A DNA stretch of 64,000 bases from contig CAVYVF010000022.1 in assembly GCA_963771885.1 (NCBI GenBank), positions 320,001-384,000 of the forward strand, read 5' to 3'. Each line of letters opens with the position of its first letter. The first letter of the stretch is position 1. Shown here in pieces: positions 1-10,000 of the stretch. A program made the translations under genes and the position numbers. This DNA comes from Candidatus Bathyarchaeota archaeon (GTDB lineage Archaea; Thermoproteota; Bathyarchaeia; TCS64). The notes below the pieces were generated by a model, which saw only the letters and a list, made by a program, of their open reading frames with translations, was not told the DNA's origin and ran no database searches.

Positions 1-232
1 GGCAGAAGAGGCAGGCGCCCAGGTTGACCTTGAGGCCCTCGCATTTGGGGCCGAGACCCTTAAGCTCGATGGCGAAGCTGGGGCAGACGCGACTGCACAT
101 GCCGCACCCCGTGCACTTCGCCTCGTCGTACTCGTGTCTTCCGCGGCTGCCCTTCGGCATCTCCCTCTTCTCGAAGGGGTACGCCAACGTGCAGGGCTTG
201 CTAACCGCGTTCTTTAACAACTCTCTCTCCAT
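1..232 (-). CDS. 4Fe-4S dicluster subunit of the membrane-bound hydrogenase (NuoI/EchF-like); runs off the window edge
   Basis: Not in the ORF track. Manual translation from ATG 232 gives MERELLKNAVSKPCTLAYPFEKREMPKGSRGRHEYDEAKCTGCGMCSRVCP (YPFE and CxxCxxCxxxCP motifs). Directly follows the NuoH-like gene. Confidence 0.9.
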   Translation of the reverse strand, partial: MERELLKNAVSKPCTLAYPFEKREMPKGSRGRHEYDEAKCTGCGMCSRVCPSFAIELKGLGPKCEGLKVNLGACLFC

Positions 233-240
233 AGCCAAAT

Positions 241-1252
241 TTAGATCACTCCGGACAGCGCCACGATCGCCATCACTTGTAGGACGGCGAGGGGGGTAAG
301 GTACTGCCACGCCCAGCGGAGCATCACGTCGATCCTGAATCTTGCAAACAACGCGCTCAGGTTGCTGAGGACGAGGACGCAGAGCGTGGTCTTTATTATG
401 AACCAGACAATCGGGGGAAGGACGGGACCCGCGGGTCCGCCAAGGAACAGCGTCGTCAGTAGAGCCGATGCGAGCACGATCTTGACGTCGCGGCTTAGGG
501 TAAGTAGAGCTAGCTTCTTTCCGCTATACTCGACCTGCCAGCCATGGACGATCTCAGTCTCGGCCTCGGCCATGTCGAATGGTCGCATCTCCGTCTCCGC
601 GAGGAGACTGAGTATGCAGATGGCGAAACCGACGAACATTACGACGCCGAGCATTAAACCCCAGATATTCGGAGCTGCGATGAAGCTCTGGACGCTTGCC
701 ACCTCCCAAGCGACGATGTTGCTTATACTCATACTCCCAGCCATGATGGCAGGGCCAAGGGCGAGGAGAACCAGGGGAATCTCGTATGCGAGAGTCGCGA
801 GCGCGACCCTTGTCGCACCGACTGCGCCGAAGGCGTTGGAGCTACTCCAGCCCGCGAGGAAGATGTTGAGGACTATTAGACTGAGTATGAGAAGGACGAT
901 TACTAAGGTCACCCTCGAAGCTGACTATGGGCGTGTATGCGTAGAGGTTAGTAATTGACTGGATAGGCATGAGGAAGACGGCGGAAAGCGAGAGGGCGAA
1001 GATGATAACAGGTGCCCCGATGAAGAGCGCCCTGTTCGCCGCACTAGGAGTGATATCCTCCTTTGCGAGCAGCTTTACGATGTCAGCGAAGGGCTGTAGT
1101 AGGCCAAAGGCTCCGGTGTGCATCGGGCCCCTCCTGTTCTGAAGGCGCGCAACTGTCTTCCGGCTCAGCCAGTTGCACCAGAGGGCGTAGGCTATGATGA
1201 ATAACGCCCCGGGGAACACCACTATGCTGATTATGTCACTTATTTCGACCAT
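241..1252 (-). CDS. NuoH/HycD/EchB-like membrane subunit, split by a 1-bp frameshift near 906
   Basis: ORF 842..1252 has RKTVARLQNRRGP and LLQPFADIVKLLAKE. ORF 241..912 has YEIP, PFDMAEAETEIVHG..VEYSG and RFRID. Removing one T in GACCTTAGTA joins the two. Confidence 0.9.
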
Positions 1253-2432
1253 CTGCGTACCACCTGATTGAGTATCTCCTAAGTTCGTCGTCCGTCATGT
1301 CCCAGGTCTTCTCCTTGTGCTCATCAACGAAGACCATGCGGTCGGTGCAGCTAAAGCAGGGGTCTATGCCCGCAAGAACGATGGGGATGTCAGCGATGTA
1401 CCCGCCCTTGAGCTTGACCGCTAGGCTGGGGATATTCGCCATTGTCGGAGCCCTGATCTTGTATCGGTAAGGCTTGTTGTCGCCCTTGCTGCAGAGGTAG
1501 TGGATGTCCTCGCCGCGCTGCGCCTCGATCATGTTGACCGCCTCACCCTCGGGGACCTTTTGCAGGGGACTAAACTTCTCCCTGATCGGGCCTTCGGGTA
1601 GGTGATCGAGGACGTACTTGCATATCTTCACACTCTCGACTAACTCGCCGACGCGGACCACGACGTTACCTAGGACGTCACCGCTCTCCGCGGTAATGAC
1701 CTTCCAGTCGGGGATCTCATCGTATGCGAGGTAGGAGTTGTCGCGTCTGGTATCCTTGTTTACGCCGCTGGCACGTGCATGTGGACCGCAACCGCATAGG
1801 CGGATCATGTCCGCCTTGCTACAGTATCCTACACCGCTTGCCCTGTTGATGATTGTTGACTCGGACACGGCGATGTTCGTATAGAATACAGTGCGCTCGG
1901 CAAGTATGTCGAGCATCTTCTGGAACTTTGGGATCTTATCGGCGGGGATATCCCTGCGGACGCCCCCGATAGCGTTCCAAGCGTAGTTGACCCTATTCCC
2001 GCTGATCTCTTCGAGTATGTCGAGGACGACCTCGCGGTCGCGCCAGACGTAGTAGAACAGGGTGTCGAAGCCGATCTCATGAGCGGCGACGCCGACCCAG
2101 AGGAGGTGACTGTGTATTCTCTCAAGCTCGTGGACGAGGGTCCTGAGCCACTTCGCCCTAGGGGGGATGGTTATCCCTGCGACGTCCTCCACGTTTATCG
2201 CGAAGAGCGTCTGGTGGGCGTTACTACAGATACCACATACCCTCTCGGCTAGGTAGAGACCCTGTATGTACGTGCGGGCTTCGAACGCCTTCTCGATGCC
2301 CCTGTGGTTGTAGCCCAAGCGTGGCTCGACGTCGACGACTACTTCGCCGTCGACCTTGAAGAGGAAGCTCGCTGGCTCCTTTAGCGCTGGGTGTTGCGGG
2401 CCGATTGGTATGCTGAATTCTGTTCCGCTCAT
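1236..2432 (-). CDS. Group 4 [NiFe]-hydrogenase large subunit
   Basis: GPQHPALKEP, HRGIEK, L1 motif ERVCGICS and L2 motif DPCFSCTDR followed by a C-terminal extension. ATGA overlap with the upstream gene. Confidence 0.95.
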   Translation of the reverse strand: MSGTEFSIPIGPQHPALKEPASFLFKVDGEVVVDVEPRLGYNHRGIEKAFEARTYIQGLYLAERVCGICSNAHQTLFAINVEDVAGITIPPRAKWLRTLVHELERIHSHLLWVGVAAHEIGFDTLFYYVWRDREVVLDILEEISGNRVNYAWNAIGGVRRDIPADKIPKFQKMLDILAERTVFYTNIAVSESTIINRASGVGYCSKADMIRLCGCGPHARASGVNKDTRRDNSYLAYDEIPDWKVITAESGDVLGNVVVRVGELVESVKICKYVLDHLPEGPIREKFSPLQKVPEGEAVNMIEAQRGEDIHYLCSKGDNKPYRYKIRAPTMANIPSLAVKLKGGYIADIPIVLAGIDPCFSCTDRMVFVDEHKEKTWDMTDDELRRYSIRWYADGRNK

Positions 2433-2920
2433 GTCCATTCCTCCCCGTCAACTGCCTTTCTGAGAGACTTTACATCCCATTTCTTGAGAAGCGGGAAGAC
2501 TCCCTCGGGCCACTCCTCGGTCATGAGGAGCCTCTTCGGGTTGGGGTGACCTTCGGCGACTATGCCGACGAGGTCGTAGATCTCCCTCTCGAAGATTGTT
2601 GCGCCGTTGATTATGGGCGTGATTGATGGGACCACCGGCTTGTCCGCTGGGACTCTCACCTTGATAGTGAAGATGAGGTTGGGGCGGTTGAAGTGATAGT
2701 TTACCTCCCTCTCCTCCCCGTAGTCTACCGCGGTAATCGTGGAGAGATGGAATAGGCCCTCCTTCTCCTTAATGTAGGTGACAGCATCGATCAGTTTATC
2801 GGTCTTTAGGGTGACCCAGTAGCGCTTATCCTTGGGGGCCTTGGAGTTGATTACGTTCTCTGTGCCGATCGCCTCGGTGAACCTCTCAATCGTCTTCTTG
2901 TTATCCTCAACGTAACTCAA
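2429..2920 (-). CDS. NuoC/EchD-like hydrogenase subunit
   Basis: LSTITAVD, ERE..DLVG....GHPN..RLL...WP....PL.K motif; operon context. Confidence 0.92.
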   Translation of the reverse strand: MSYVEDNKKTIERFTEAIGTENVINSKAPKDKRYWVTLKTDKLIDAVTYIKEKEGLFHLSTITAVDYGEEREVNYHFNRPNLIFTIKVRVPADKPVVPSITPIINGATIFEREIYDLVGIVAEGHPNPKRLLMTEEWPEGVFPLLKKWDVKSLRKAVDGEEWT

Positions 2921-2930
2921 TCAATTCACC

Positions 2931-3350
2931 TCAGTACCCCGCACTCGTCAAGAGTTTTACCACGCCGTCGAGGATGGCCTCGGGTTTCGGCGGGCAACCC
3001 ACGACGTATGCGTTGACCGGTATCACCTTGTCGACACCCTCCATTACGTTGTAGCAGTCCTGGAAGGTACCGCCCGTGTTAGCGCAACTTCCTACCGCTA
3101 CGACGAATTTTGGCTCAGGCATCTGGTCGTAAATCCTCTTGAGCCTACTCTTCAGCTTCCGGGAGACAGAGCCCGAGACGACGAGTACGTCCGCGTGTCG
3201 GGGGGTTCCCTTCAGCACACCGCCGAAGCGCTCGACGTCGAATCGAGGCGTCAATACCGCGACGATCTCTATGTCACAGGCGTTGCATGCGGCGCCGTTG
3301 AAGTGTATCAGCCAAGGGGAGCGAGTTCTAGCCCATGTTATAAGGCCCAT
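2931..3350 (-). CDS. [NiFe]-hydrogenase small subunit (NuoB/EchC-like)
   Basis: CNACDIE, PRHADVL, VGSCANTGG and GCPPKPE Fe-S ligand motifs. Confidence 0.95.
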   Translation of the reverse strand: MGLITWARTRSPWLIHFNGAACNACDIEIVAVLTPRFDVERFGGVLKGTPRHADVLVVSGSVSRKLKSRLKRIYDQMPEPKFVVAVGSCANTGGTFQDCYNVMEGVDKVIPVNAYVVGCPPKPEAILDGVVKLLTSAGY

Positions 3351-3352
3351 CT

Positions 3353-3688
3353 CTATTTCCTCCACTTCGCCGAGAGTATGACAATGGACACAAGCGACGC
3401 TGCCGCGTATGTCAGCGGGAGCATCACGTTAGCCGGTCTGGCGAGCGTCGTCGCTAAAACGAAGCCCAATACGTCAAAGATCATAAAGTATACCGCGTAT
3501 ACGAAGAAGTTCTCGACGTTGACCCTAACCTTGGTGGGCGTTACATCCTCACCACAGGCGTAGGGCGCCAGCTTGCCGGGTGTGTCCGGACTCTTGGGTG
3601 CGATGTCGTTGCCTATCGCCATGATGATGAGGGCGATGGCTACGGCTACAACCAAAATCACTGCGAATCCGGTAAGACCTTCAAGCAA
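3353..3688 (-). CDS. NuoA-like membrane subunit
   Basis: Three hydrophobic segments, PYACGE loop and FMIFDV motif of the NuoA/ND3 family. Confidence 0.88.
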   Translation of the reverse strand: MLEGLTGFAVILVVAVAIALIIMAIGNDIAPKSPDTPGKLAPYACGEDVTPTKVRVNVENFFVYAVYFMIFDVLGFVLATTLARPANVMLPLTYAAASLVSIVILSAKWRK

Positions 3689-3720
3689 TTCGGTCCCTCA
3701 AACCTTCGTTTGGTTGCGGG

Positions 3721-3732
3721 ATATAAACTTTC
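3721..3732 (-). promoter_or_regulatory. Archaeal BRE/TATA promoter of the hydrogenase operon
   Basis: Minus strand reads GAAAGTTTATAT about 33 nt upstream of the TTG start at 3688, with GAGGGA RBS in between. Confidence 0.55.
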
Positions 3733-3807
3733 ATGGTTGATAAGAATTGTCATTTCTAACCTATAATATGAAGGAAAATAATCGTTAATTACTCAAAATT
3801 CTTGCAG

Positions 3808-4293
3808 TCACTTGGCTAGCAATTCCTCTAGCATCTTCGCTAATTCTCTAGCACCCTTCTCTACGCTAGGCGTTAATCCCTCACCCATTTCAATATTCGC
3901 ACCTTGTATCCCTACGAGAACGACCTTATCGCATATCGTCTGCTTGACGTACCCGATGAATACGTGGAGAGGTAAGCTATGAGTGGAGACCGAGATGTTA
4001 GCTATCGACTTCGGGGGGACGATACGAGCCTCGCCGGGGGCGCCTCCGAAATTAGCCGCGTCGAGGAGGACCACGTGTGTGGGTTCAAAACTCCTTATGG
4101 ATCCGGTGTAACTCTCAGGCACCGTCTCCGTTGGGAGGAGTAGAACATTTTCGGGCGTCGTCCCAGAGAGCAGTTCTAGCACCCTGAGCCCGACGAAGTC
4201 GTCGCGGCGCATTGGACTCCCGATGCCAACTATGACAACGCGCCTGCCCTCGGCGCTGCCAAGGAAGACACTGAGCTCCCCTCTTAGAGACAA
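3808..4293 (-). CDS. hycI: Hydrogenase maturation endopeptidase (HycI family)
   Basis: GIGSPMRRDDFVG, ETVPES, LLDAANFG, STHSLP motifs; adjacent to a large subunit with a cleavable tail. Confidence 0.92.
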   Translation of the reverse strand: MSLRGELSVFLGSAEGRRVVIVGIGSPMRRDDFVGLRVLELLSGTTPENVLLLPTETVPESYTGSIRSFEPTHVVLLDAANFGGAPGEARIVPPKSIANISVSTHSLPLHVFIGYVKQTICDKVVLVGIQGANIEMGEGLTPSVEKGARELAKMLEELLAK

Positions 4294-4325
4294 TACATTA
4301 TTGAGAGGTGGAATAGGTTTAAAAT

Positions 4326-5378
4326 TTACTCGATTTTAGTGTCAGTTATTTTCTCATAGATTTTCACAGCATCTAACCTAGACTCCGCGCCTTCAAAGAC
4401 TGCTACACCGGTGGCGAAGACGCTCCCCGTCAACCCCTTAGCCCCTTCGAGGGTCAATCCAAGCCGAGTTTTCTGTGTTTTCAGAAGCCTTGAGTCATCG
4501 AGGCGTCGCTCAATCGCGTCGAGGTTGAGACCCGCGAGTGACCTTGGCGTGATTATGAACACTCGCTTACCAGCTCTTCCACATACCTCCTCGACGGCGT
4601 CGCTCTCAGCGTGTCTACGTTCCCCAAATCCACAGACGCCGCAGGATTCTGCCTTAGCGAGGTCAATCCGCTCCATGCTCAAGTCACCTAGGTCGAAGTA
4701 TAGGAGCTTGCCCGCAAGGTTCGGCTTCTTACCGAGGATGAGTCTGACAGCCTCAGAGACTTGTATGCTTGCGATGACGCTTATCGCCGGGGGCATCACA
4801 CCCACCGTGGCGCAAGTCGGGACGTTTGCCTCGTCGACGCCCCCCTGCCAGCACTCGAGACATGGCGTTTCCCCTGGTATTATCGTGGAGACGTTGCCGA
4901 CGTACGTAATGACAGCCCCAAAGATGTAGGGCACGCCTTGCTCAACGCAAGCCCTGTTCAGGGCCATCCTCGGCGTGAACCTGTCCAAGCCATCGACGAC
5001 GATGTCTATATCCTCCACGAGTTTGCCCGCGGTACGCTCGTTGACCGACACGGGGATCGCCTCAACCTCGATGAAAGGATTCACTTTTCTCAGTCGAAGC
5101 TCAGCCGCTTCCACCTTAGGGTAGCCGACAACATCAACTCCGTAAAGGTGCTGTCTCTGTAGGTTACTCATCTCTACAATGTCCCTGTCGGCGAGGCGGA
5201 GGAAGCCGACGCCCATGGAGGCGAGTTGGACGGAGAGTTGGCAGCCGAGGCCGCCGACGCCCGCCACAAGTATGCGTGCGTTCCTCAGCTTACTCTGCCC
5301 ATTAGTCCCGATCTCAGAGAGCACTAGCTGACGCGAATAGTAGGCGAGTTCGTCCTTACTGAAGTCGTGGGGCGCCAT
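4326..5378 (-). CDS. moeB: HesA/MoeB/ThiF family adenylyltransferase (E1-like)
   Basis: YSRQ, GVGGLG, D.VEMSNLQRQ, PKVEAA, PCLEC and C-terminal CGVC zinc motifs. Confidence 0.9.
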   Translation of the reverse strand: MAPHDFSKDELAYYSRQLVLSEIGTNGQSKLRNARILVAGVGGLGCQLSVQLASMGVGFLRLADRDIVEMSNLQRQHLYGVDVVGYPKVEAAELRLRKVNPFIEVEAIPVSVNERTAGKLVEDIDIVVDGLDRFTPRMALNRACVEQGVPYIFGAVITYVGNVSTIIPGETPCLECWQGGVDEANVPTCATVGVMPPAISVIASIQVSEAVRLILGKKPNLAGKLLYFDLGDLSMERIDLAKAESCGVCGFGERRHAESDAVEEVCGRAGKRVFIITPRSLAGLNLDAIERRLDDSRLLKTQKTRLGLTLEGAKGLTGSVFATGVAVFEGAESRLDAVKIYEKITDTKIE

Positions 5379-5415
5379 AGGTAATGCGAGACACCACTAG
5401 CTGAAAAGAATAAGC

Positions 5416-6252
5416 CTAGAGGAGCATGAAAACGATGAGCGGCGTCAAGCCGAGGAATATGGGGGCGGGTAGACCCGCTATTACGCCCCTCCTGTTAAGC
5501 AGCCATAGGTTGAGAGTCATTCCCACCCCGATCAAGGCAAGTGTAGCGAGGAGCACACCGTCGCCGTAGTAAGCCTCAACGTGTGCGGGGAGGAATGAGT
5601 AGAAAACGAGTTCACCCATACCAACCTCAACACGCTCGCCCACGTAGCTTAGACGTGCCGACCCCGAACGTCTCTCACCGAAGCCCCTCACAACATCCAG
5701 CACCCATCGCGTGTTCAGAAGCACTAAGTCGAAGACCGACACGACGACCAACATCACGATCAGCGACACCGTCGGCAGTAGAAGACTGACGAAAGAGCCG
5801 AGAAGCGCCCCGTAGACTATGAATATTGAGTTCCTCACCCGCGGCGAGAAAACGTTTCCAATGATGAATATCATAGAGAAGACGGATACATAGAGGGAGA
5901 CGAGGACGATGATACTCGTCATCCATGATGAGACGGCCTTCGCCACGACCATGAGAACGGTCTGGCTAACGATTATGACGAGTATTGCTGAGGTAGGGGC
6001 GACGACGAGGGCTATGAGCACACGCGCCTCGAACCCCCTACGGCGCCATGCGAGCCAGTAAAGGATAACAACGCCGAGCAGCCCGGCGAGCGTGAGTGAG
6101 ACCGTCCATACAATCTGCTCCCCTACGCCTGGTCCATCGCCCGGTATTGTCAGACCCATGCCACCGATGAGGAAAAGCCGCACAAAACCGAGAGAAATAA
6201 CTAGACAAGACACGATAGGGGAGAGGTAGTCGAGGACGATCCTTCTATCCAA
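5416..6252 (-). CDS. Divergent presenilin-like polytopic membrane protein (GxGD motif reads GMGE)
   Basis: Multiple TM segments; VFD, VGMGELVFYS and AGLPAPI occupy the positions of presenilin YD, LGLGDFIFYS and PALP. Confidence 0.65.
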   Translation of the reverse strand: MDRRIVLDYLSPIVSCLVISLGFVRLFLIGGMGLTIPGDGPGVGEQIVWTVSLTLAGLLGVVILYWLAWRRRGFEARVLIALVVAPTSAILVIIVSQTVLMVVAKAVSSWMTSIIVLVSLYVSVFSMIFIIGNVFSPRVRNSIFIVYGALLGSFVSLLLPTVSLIVMLVVVSVFDLVLLNTRWVLDVVRGFGERRSGSARLSYVGERVEVGMGELVFYSFLPAHVEAYYGDGVLLATLALIGVGMTLNLWLLNRRGVIAGLPAPIFLGLTPLIVFMLL

Positions 6253-6802
6253 GTCTGCTCCTCTCTGCCCTCAAGCCGTACTCATGAACCACACGCCTCC
6301 CCCGCTCATCCTCCGAAACGAGAGCATACCGGGAGACCCTAACACAATTACCCTGCTCCCAGTTACGGATGTAGACTGTAAAGGCGATCTGGAAACCCGA
6401 GAAACCAATGATTATACCGACGAGCGCGCCGATGAAGAACTGGGGAGAGACGAATAGTATAAGCAATGGAGCTGCGAGTAGCACAGTGAGGAGCGAGAAG
6501 AGTGGGAAAAACCTGTCCAGCCCATTCCCCGCCTTCACTTTAACCACACCCTCTCCCGCGAGTATGCGGGCCATCCCTGTAAACTCCGTGTACTGGGGGA
6601 AGATAGTCACGCTGAAGACAAGCGACGCGAAGACTACCGCGACCATCGCCTGCACCGTAACATCCCCCGACGAGAACATTACTAAGATCGCCAGCGCCGT
6701 AAAAAGCAGTCCAGCCGAGAAAAACGGCTGCAAACGAGAACCTGGATACGGCCTCTTCTCTATCCATGTACCGTCTCCAAGCCGTTTCTCAGACAGATCC
6801 AT
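6245..6802 (-). CDS. Hypothetical membrane protein (about 4 TM)
   Basis: 185-aa ORF with hydrophobic helices, overlapping the start of the downstream gene. Confidence 0.7.
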   Translation of the reverse strand: MDLSEKRLGDGTWIEKRPYPGSRLQPFFSAGLLFTALAILVMFSSGDVTVQAMVAVVFASLVFSVTIFPQYTEFTGMARILAGEGVVKVKAGNGLDRFFPLFSLLTVLLAAPLLILFVSPQFFIGALVGIIIGFSGFQIAFTVYIRNWEQGNCVRVSRYALVSEDERGRRVVHEYGLRAERSRLG

Positions 6803-6874
6803 ACACCACCATAGATTGAGGCCCCTAAATTATCAGAGGCAATTGATAAATATATTCGGATTCCCCTCATCTAA

Positions 6875-8971
6875 ATGAGGATTATGAAGAGTACAAATTT
6901 ATCGATCTTGAAATCGTTGGTAATCGCCACGCTAATCCTTTTATCGGTGGTAATCACACCCGCGGCCCAGGCGGGAGTACCATCGAGTGTCGGTGAATTA
7001 CAGGGACCATACTTCCGGGAGCTCCGGTTCAAGATATACGCCACCTCCGAGGCGGAGACGTCGGGCCTCCTCTCAGGTGACGTCGACGTCGTCGACTTCT
7101 TCGAGGCGGAGCAGATACCCGATATCCAGGCGGGTTTGGACTCGGGCGATCTAGCTACAGTTCAGAACGCCGAGCAGGGTATGTGGGGATTCAGTCTCCA
7201 GTGCGAAAGGTACCCACTCGATAAGGTCGAGTTTAGGCGCGCGATAGCCTATCTCTGTGACAAGGAGAAGTACGTCAGGGAGGGCCTGCAAGGCCTCGGC
7301 TATAAGCTTGAGACCTTCCTCGGCTCGCCAGGATACGGCGTCTGGAGTGGGACATCATACACGACATTCGACTTCAACCCCACAGCAGCCGCCGCGCTGC
7401 TCGACAGCATAGGGTTCACTCTCGGCGAGGATGGCAAACGCATCGACCCCCTGACGGGAACGACGATGAGACCTCTTGTGATTCTCGCCCGCACCGAGCA
7501 TCCCCACAGGATATTCGCTGCCCGGGAGCTGGCCGCTCAGTTTGACGCAGTCGGCATCCCCTACAATCTACAGGAGGTACCTCGCTCTGTAGCCTCGCCC
7601 CTCGTCTTTAACGAACAGGATTATGACATCTACACAGCGGGCTGGGGTGGCGGACCTGATGTGGACTGGCTCTACGACCTCTTTTACTCCACCTCGCCTC
7701 CCTCTCAAAACTTCCAGCTATTCAAGAACGCTACGGTCGACGCAGCTCTTGAGCAGCTGAAGTACGGCACGACCAGGGAGGAGGCCCTTGAAGGTGCGCA
7801 GCTCGCACAGCAGTACCTATCCGAACAACTGCCCTTCATACCGCTATACGCGAAGGCCTATCTCTCTCCCTACAATGCGAGGCTGACGGGTGTTGTCGAC
7901 CTCCCCTGGTGGAGCGGCGTAACAAATGCGGTTACTTTCACTGTCGCTACTGACAAGACGACAAAGTTTGGCTCAGTACTGAACATAGGGTGGACCTCCG
8001 ACCCACAGCAGCCCAGTCCCATGTACGAGATCAACTGGTGGTGGGACACGATGCTTAACAACGTCCTCTATGACACCCCGATAACCCTCGACCCGACGAC
8101 CTTCGCAGAGCTCCCATGGCTAGCGTCGAGCTGGGAGACAGAGCCATGGACTGCTCCCAACGGTATATCCGGTACGAAGATCACATTCCATCTCAACTCC
8201 GGTGTGAAGTGGCACGATGGCCGCTCGCTGACGGCGGAGGATGTCGTTTTCACTTGGGATTATGCACAACAGCAGCAGAACCCTGTCTACATCAGCTACC
8301 TGACCAGTTACGTCAACGGCGAGGCACCCGATGCGACGACAGCGGTTGCATACATGAACACTACAAGCTACTGGGCTCTACATTGGGTCGGTACAAACAT
8401 CCCGATAATCCCCAAGCACATCTGGCAGAACATCGAAGACTCTGTTACCTATCAGCCAGTCAGTGAGGGAAACCTCATCGGTAGTGGTCCATACATCTTC
8501 AAGGAGTACAAGCCCGGCGAGTACGTCATAGTAACCGCCAACCCCAACTACTTCCTGAAGCCCTCTGACAGCACTCTGAGCTTCACACAGGTCTCGATGA
8601 CGCAGGGTGAGACCAAAGTATATACCTCCAATCCCGCGATCTACGATGGCACCCCGGTGATCAATGGAACTTACACGATAACCGTCGCCAGTGCTGGAAC
8701 GACCATCAAGACGTTCACAGGCACAGCAAAGCCGGACGGTACGTACACCGCTACTCTCGATACAAAGGACCTAGCACCCGGCACTTATGACATGTTCGTC
8801 GAGCTCGCCGTCAAGGTCGGCGTAGTCGGCATAGGCAGCTTCGACGAGTACAGGCTAACTGTAGCCGAGAAGCCAGTGGACTATGTCCTCTACGGAGGCA
8901 TACTCGCCGCAATTGTGGTGGTCGTCGCCGCTGGCTACATGGTTCTAAGGCGCAGGAAGCCACAGCCGTAA
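6875..8971 (+). CDS. oppA: Peptide/nickel ABC transporter substrate-binding protein (family 5) with C-terminal membrane anchor
   Basis: Signal peptide, FRRAIAY, VKWHDGRSLTAEDVVFT, IGSGPY, C-terminal TM plus RRRK. Confidence 0.92.
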   Translation: MRIMKSTNLSILKSLVIATLILLSVVITPAAQAGVPSSVGELQGPYFRELRFKIYATSEAETSGLLSGDVDVVDFFEAEQIPDIQAGLDSGDLATVQNAEQGMWGFSLQCERYPLDKVEFRRAIAYLCDKEKYVREGLQGLGYKLETFLGSPGYGVWSGTSYTTFDFNPTAAAALLDSIGFTLGEDGKRIDPLTGTTMRPLVILARTEHPHRIFAARELAAQFDAVGIPYNLQEVPRSVASPLVFNEQDYDIYTAGWGGGPDVDWLYDLFYSTSPPSQNFQLFKNATVDAALEQLKYGTTREEALEGAQLAQQYLSEQLPFIPLYAKAYLSPYNARLTGVVDLPWWSGVTNAVTFTVATDKTTKFGSVLNIGWTSDPQQPSPMYEINWWWDTMLNNVLYDTPITLDPTTFAELPWLASSWETEPWTAPNGISGTKITFHLNSGVKWHDGRSLTAEDVVFTWDYAQQQQNPVYISYLTSYVNGEAPDATTAVAYMNTTSYWALHWVGTNIPIIPKHIWQNIEDSVTYQPVSEGNLIGSGPYIFKEYKPGEYVIVTANPNYFLKPSDSTLSFTQVSMTQGETKVYTSNPAIYDGTPVINGTYTITVASAGTTIKTFTGTAKPDGTYTATLDTKDLAPGTYDMFVELAVKVGVVGIGSFDEYRLTVAEKPVDYVLYGGILAAIVVVVAAGYMVLRRRKPQP

Positions 8972-9028
8972 ACCCGCCCCCTTTTTCTACTACGGAGCCC
9001 AGTATCACCCAGTGTCGGGGGTGCAAGT

Positions 9029-10000
9029 ATGGGCTTCCCAACCTTCCTAGCGAAGAAGATAGTCTTCGCAATCGTGACCATCCTGATTATCATGACGCTC
9101 AACTTCGCTATATTCAGGCTCATGCCTGGCGACCCGATAGCGATGCTCGCTGACCAGATTAGGCTCAGACCTGAGCAGGTGGCACGACTCTACGAACTCT
9201 TCGGCCTTGATAAGCCACTCTGGGAGCAGTACATCTCCTACATGAGCCAGACGCTGCAGGGCTTTCTCGGCTACAGTTACTACACGCAGCACCCCGTGAC
9301 ACAGGATATAATGGACAGGCTCCCGAATACGCTTCTCCTAGTCGGTGTATCGACGATAGTCTCGATCGTCATCGGGATGGTTGTGGGAATAGTCGCGGCG
9401 GCGAGAAGGGGCAGCGCCGTAGACATAGGTGCGATCAGCTTCGGTTTCCTCGGCAACTCCGTGCCCACGTTTTGGCTCGGGCTGCTGCTGTTGCTGATAT
9501 TCGGGGTAAACTTGCAGTGGTTCCCGCTCAGGGGTACCACGAGCGTGCCCGCTCCGACTGAGCCGATAGCCCTTGTCGTGGACATACTCTGGCATATGGC
9601 TTTGCCCACGCTAGTGCTCGTCATCATCCAGTTCGGCGGATTCGCCCTCGTCATGAGGGCTGCGATGATGGATGTCCTCACCGAGGACTATATAACACTC
9701 GCAAGGGCGAAAGGAGTCGACGAGCGCAACGTCCTCTACAAGCACGCTCTGAGAAACGCGATGCTTCCGATGGTTACTGTCATCGCGCTCGCCTTCGGTT
9801 TTACTCTTAGTGGCGCACTCCTCACTGAGACGGTCTTCTCATGGTATGGGTTGGGGAGGTATATCTGGGACGCCATAGTTAGACAGGACTTCCCAGCCCT
9901 CCAGGGCATCTTCTTTATTATTTCCGTCATGGTTGTCGCGGCAAACCTCGTCGCCGATATAATCTATGGGTTCCTCGACCCAAGGGTCAAACACGAGTAG
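9029..10000 (+). CDS. oppB: Peptide ABC transporter permease
   Basis: MPGDP, RLPNTLLL, EAA loop EDYITLARAKG, HALRNA, DPRV. Confidence 0.95.
   Translation: MGFPTFLAKKIVFAIVTILIIMTLNFAIFRLMPGDPIAMLADQIRLRPEQVARLYELFGLDKPLWEQYISYMSQTLQGFLGYSYYTQHPVTQDIMDRLPNTLLLVGVSTIVSIVIGMVVGIVAAARRGSAVDIGAISFGFLGNSVPTFWLGLLLLLIFGVNLQWFPLRGTTSVPAPTEPIALVVDILWHMALPTLVLVIIQFGGFALVMRAAMMDVLTEDYITLARAKGVDERNVLYKHALRNAMLPMVTVIALAFGFTLSGALLTETVFSWYGLGRYIWDAIVRQDFPALQGIFFIISVMVVAANLVADIIYGFLDPRVKHE

Noticed and set aside
1236..2432. NADH dehydrogenase subunit D, or selenocysteine-containing hydrogenase
   Set aside because: Both CxxC Ni-binding motifs are present with ordinary Cys codons and there is no in-frame TGA
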